From contig JAYVLZ010000322.1 in the NCBI GenBank assembly GCA_043759175.1, positions 1-38,392 of the forward strand: a stretch of 38,392 bases of DNA. Direction: 5' to 3'. Shown one piece after another: positions 36,476 to 38,392 of the stretch; position 1 is the stretch's first letter, and each line of letters begins with the position of its first letter. Source of the stretch: Chitinophagaceae bacterium. GTDB taxonomy: Bacteria; Bacteroidota; Bacteroidia; Chitinophagales; Chitinophagaceae. The notes under the pieces were generated by a model, which was not told the DNA's origin, made no database searches, and saw nothing but the letters and a program-made list of their open reading frames with translations. Made by a program: the position numbers and the translations under genes.

Positions 36476-38392
36476 TTAATTCAATTGCGAAGCAGTCCTT
36501 GATAAAGGCGCCTTCACAAAATCACGTGGATATTTTTTTATATAACGCCACAGAATACCAATAAATTCAGGGTAATCTCTCAGGTGAATACCCCTGCTTT
36601 TAACAGCAACAAAAAATGCCATGCCAAAGCTTACAGCAAAATTTAAAAAGCCAATACCCATTACTCCAAAAATGGTGTACCACAATTCTTTGCTGCTGAT
36701 ATTATGATCCAATCCAAAAAATCCAATGGCTGTATTGGCAGCTGAAATGGTAATATGCCGGATGTCAAAAGGAATTCCAAAAGTTTTACCAATAAAGCCA
36801 GCCATACCCAGGAAAAAACCAAGAGCAATATTTCCTGTTAAAGCACCCAGGTTATTTTCAATATAATGGATGATCTTGTAGCGGCGCTTCTCACCAAAAC
36901 TGTATTTAAAAGCCGTAGAATTGCGGAGCCGCTCTCCTACTTTTCCATACACAATATAGTTTTCTACATAACCTGCAATGATACCACTGGCAAATAAAAA
37001 GAAGCCGGTAAAGCAGGCATACAGCCATGCCAAACTATGAAAAGGTTGCTGATCAGTCAATAATTTATGGGCCGCTTGCCCGGCAGCAATCTTTACACCG
37101 GTTGCCTCAAAAAACAGCATGGCCAAAAAATAGGTAAGCGGAAATACCATGATCAAATTACCGGCAAAGGAGGCCAGCTGTGTACGGCTCACCTTACCAA
37201 TAGTGATGGCCAGGTTTCGCAGGTCTGGCAGATCACCGATTTTTTGTACATCAAAAGAACTGGCCACATTATTGGCAGTGTAAGCAGGTTGTTTGGTAGC
37301 CAGTGTGGACCCGGTATCCTGTATCAAAATAAATCCCAGCGAATAATTGGCACTGTATAAAAACCCCTGCCAGAAAGGTGCGGCAGCAACCCTGTTGAGC
37401 AAATTTTTAATAATACCAATAAAAGAAATGATAATCCCTCCGCCAACAGCACTGCGGAACATACGCCAGAATTCGGCACGGGTGGTACTGATAAATTTTT
37501 CTCCGGTGCGTCCGCCATGCTCCGCTATCTGGTAAGCCAGGTAACCGGTATTTTCACTTAAAAATTCTTTTACTGAATTTTTTCGGTTTTCATTATGCAC
37601 CACAGTTTTAAAATAGGTAACAAAACGTTCTGTATTAAATGAACTCTCCATATCCAGCACATCCATAATGATAAACATTCTGTCAATCTGCTGCTGTAGC
37701 CGGGTGATGATATAGGTTTGGGCAAGGCTGGTGCCGTAAGCAATCCGCTGGTCTCTTATCCATTGAATGCTTTGGTTACAATTATGCAGCGCCTCATTAA
37801 TGTTGGCAAACAAAATACGCTGGTTACCAGTATCCATAGAAGGCTTCATGAAGAGGTATTCATTTATCAACCGGTTCTGCTCTAAAAAAGGATACACAGC
37901 GTCTTCAAAATTATCATAGCGCTGGGTAACTTCCTTTTCCAGTCCAAGATTAGTGATACGGTAACTGAGTATTTGCAAAGATTGCTGCAGCTGTTTTATT
38001 AATGAAGGTTCTGTAAGATTGATCTGGATGCCAAGCATCTCAAAGAACTGTACCCACAAATTATTATCAATGCCTTCCACCCAGGTGTAATCTGTTTTGT
38101 TGTGAAAGATCTTATTGATCACAAAAAGAAAATTATCCGGCGCCTGTAGTTCAGGCAAAAATTTGTGTTTTAATTTAGTCAGCAATTCCTGCACAAAACC
38201 CCGGCTGCTTACAATACCGCTTTCAGTTAATGCAGCTACAATCTTTGTTTTTAAAAATTGGCTAAGCAGGGCTTTACGTAAAGAAAAGAGAGAACTTTTA
38301 TCATTACTTACCTGGTAAAGCAATGCTTTAAATCTTAACTCTGCCTGGATAAAATCTTTGGGATTATCCGGGCGGATCTTGTCAATTAATTC
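36476..38392 (-). CDS. Gcr-family ('site-specific recombinase'-annotated) polytopic membrane protein, 5' partial
   Basis: EHGGRTGEKFI; SANYSLGFILI; TLATKQPAYTA; RTQLASFAGN; PFDIRHIT; NFAVSFG. The frame stays open from 38323 to the window edge (ELIDKIRPDNP...), so the start lies outside the window. Confidence 0.78.
   Translation of the reverse strand, partial: ELIDKIRPDNPKDFIQAELRFKALLYQVSNDKSSLFSLRKALLSQFLKTKIVAALTESGIVSSRGFVQELLTKLKHKFLPELQAPDNFLFVINKIFHNKTDYTWVEGIDNNLWVQFFEMLGIQINLTEPSLIKQLQQSLQILSYRITNLGLEKEVTQRYDNFEDAVYPFLEQNRLINEYLFMKPSMDTGNQRILFANINEALHNCNQSIQWIRDQRIAYGTSLAQTYIITRLQQQIDRMFIIMDVLDMESSFNTERFVTYFKTVVHNENRKNSVKEFLSENTGYLAYQIAEHGGRTGEKFISTTRAEFWRMFRSAVGGGIIISFIGIIKNLLNRVAAAPFWQGFLYSANYSLGFILIQDTGSTLATKQPAYTANNVASSFDVQKIGDLPDLRNLAITIGKVSRTQLASFAGNLIMVFPLTYFLAMLFFEATGVKIAAGQAAHKLLTDQQPFHSLAWLYACFTGFFLFASGIIAGYVENYIVYGKVGERLRNSTAFKYSFGEKRRYKIIHYIENNLGALTGNIALGFFLGMAGFIGKTFGIPFDIRHITISAANTAIGFFGLDHNISSKELWYTIFGVMGIGFLNFAVSFGMAFFVAVKSRGIHLRDYPEFIGILWRYIKKYPRDFVKAPLSRTASQLN

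Noticed and set aside
215-38318. Numerous short (60-153 aa) ORFs overlapping the main genes, e.g. 830-1186, 12164-12514, 19682-19900, 21820-22281, 24207-24605 and 33472-33825
   Set aside because: They are antisense or off-frame shadows of well-supported genes, with no recognisable motifs.
36476-38392. Gcr protein as the recombinase that shuffles the propeller repeats or mobilises the glycan locus
   Set aside because: It has no recombinase catalytic motifs, it is a polytopic membrane protein, and no flanking recombination sites are visible.

Overview
AT-rich chromosomal window that looks like Bacteroidota (T9SS C-terminal domains, TTTG-N20-TAnnTTTG promoter; Chitinophagaceae-like gene content is an inference). 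From left to right: (1) a four-gene sugar locus with a TonB-dependent receptor, a secreted GH1, an esterase and a Tat-exported TIM-barrel isomerase, transcribed divergently from a LysR gene, with no SusD; (2) a rhamnose-type catabolic operon (isomerase, FGGY kinase, FMN L-lactate dehydrogenase); (3) three tandem T9SS-secreted paralogs built from 153-nt Gloeo/Verruco-type repeats (7, 7 and 14 units), with a near-invariant framework, hypervariable loops and exchanged C-terminal modules; (4) hutH with a 79-bp duplicate of its 3' end; (5) assorted genes, including a frameshifted DMT gene and a SnoaL/AlkD/VOC cluster that ends in a truncated gene stub; (6) a divergent four-gene polysaccharide locus: a tandem GH26-like protein, a CBM-like-LtaS/MdoB-like transferase, a clan GH-A lipoprotein, and a PilZ-less cellulose-synthase-like GT2 fused to two apparently catalytically degenerate hydrolase domains; (7) a 5'-partial Gcr-family membrane protein. 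Intergenic regions hold several distinct MITE/REP-like palindromic elements and heptamer repeats. The best candidates for undescribed biology are the GT2 locus (26879-36355) and the hypervariable propeller array (11902-19014). No rRNA, tRNA, CRISPR array, transposase or reverse transcriptase was recognised. All family assignments come from motif recognition by eye, not database searches.
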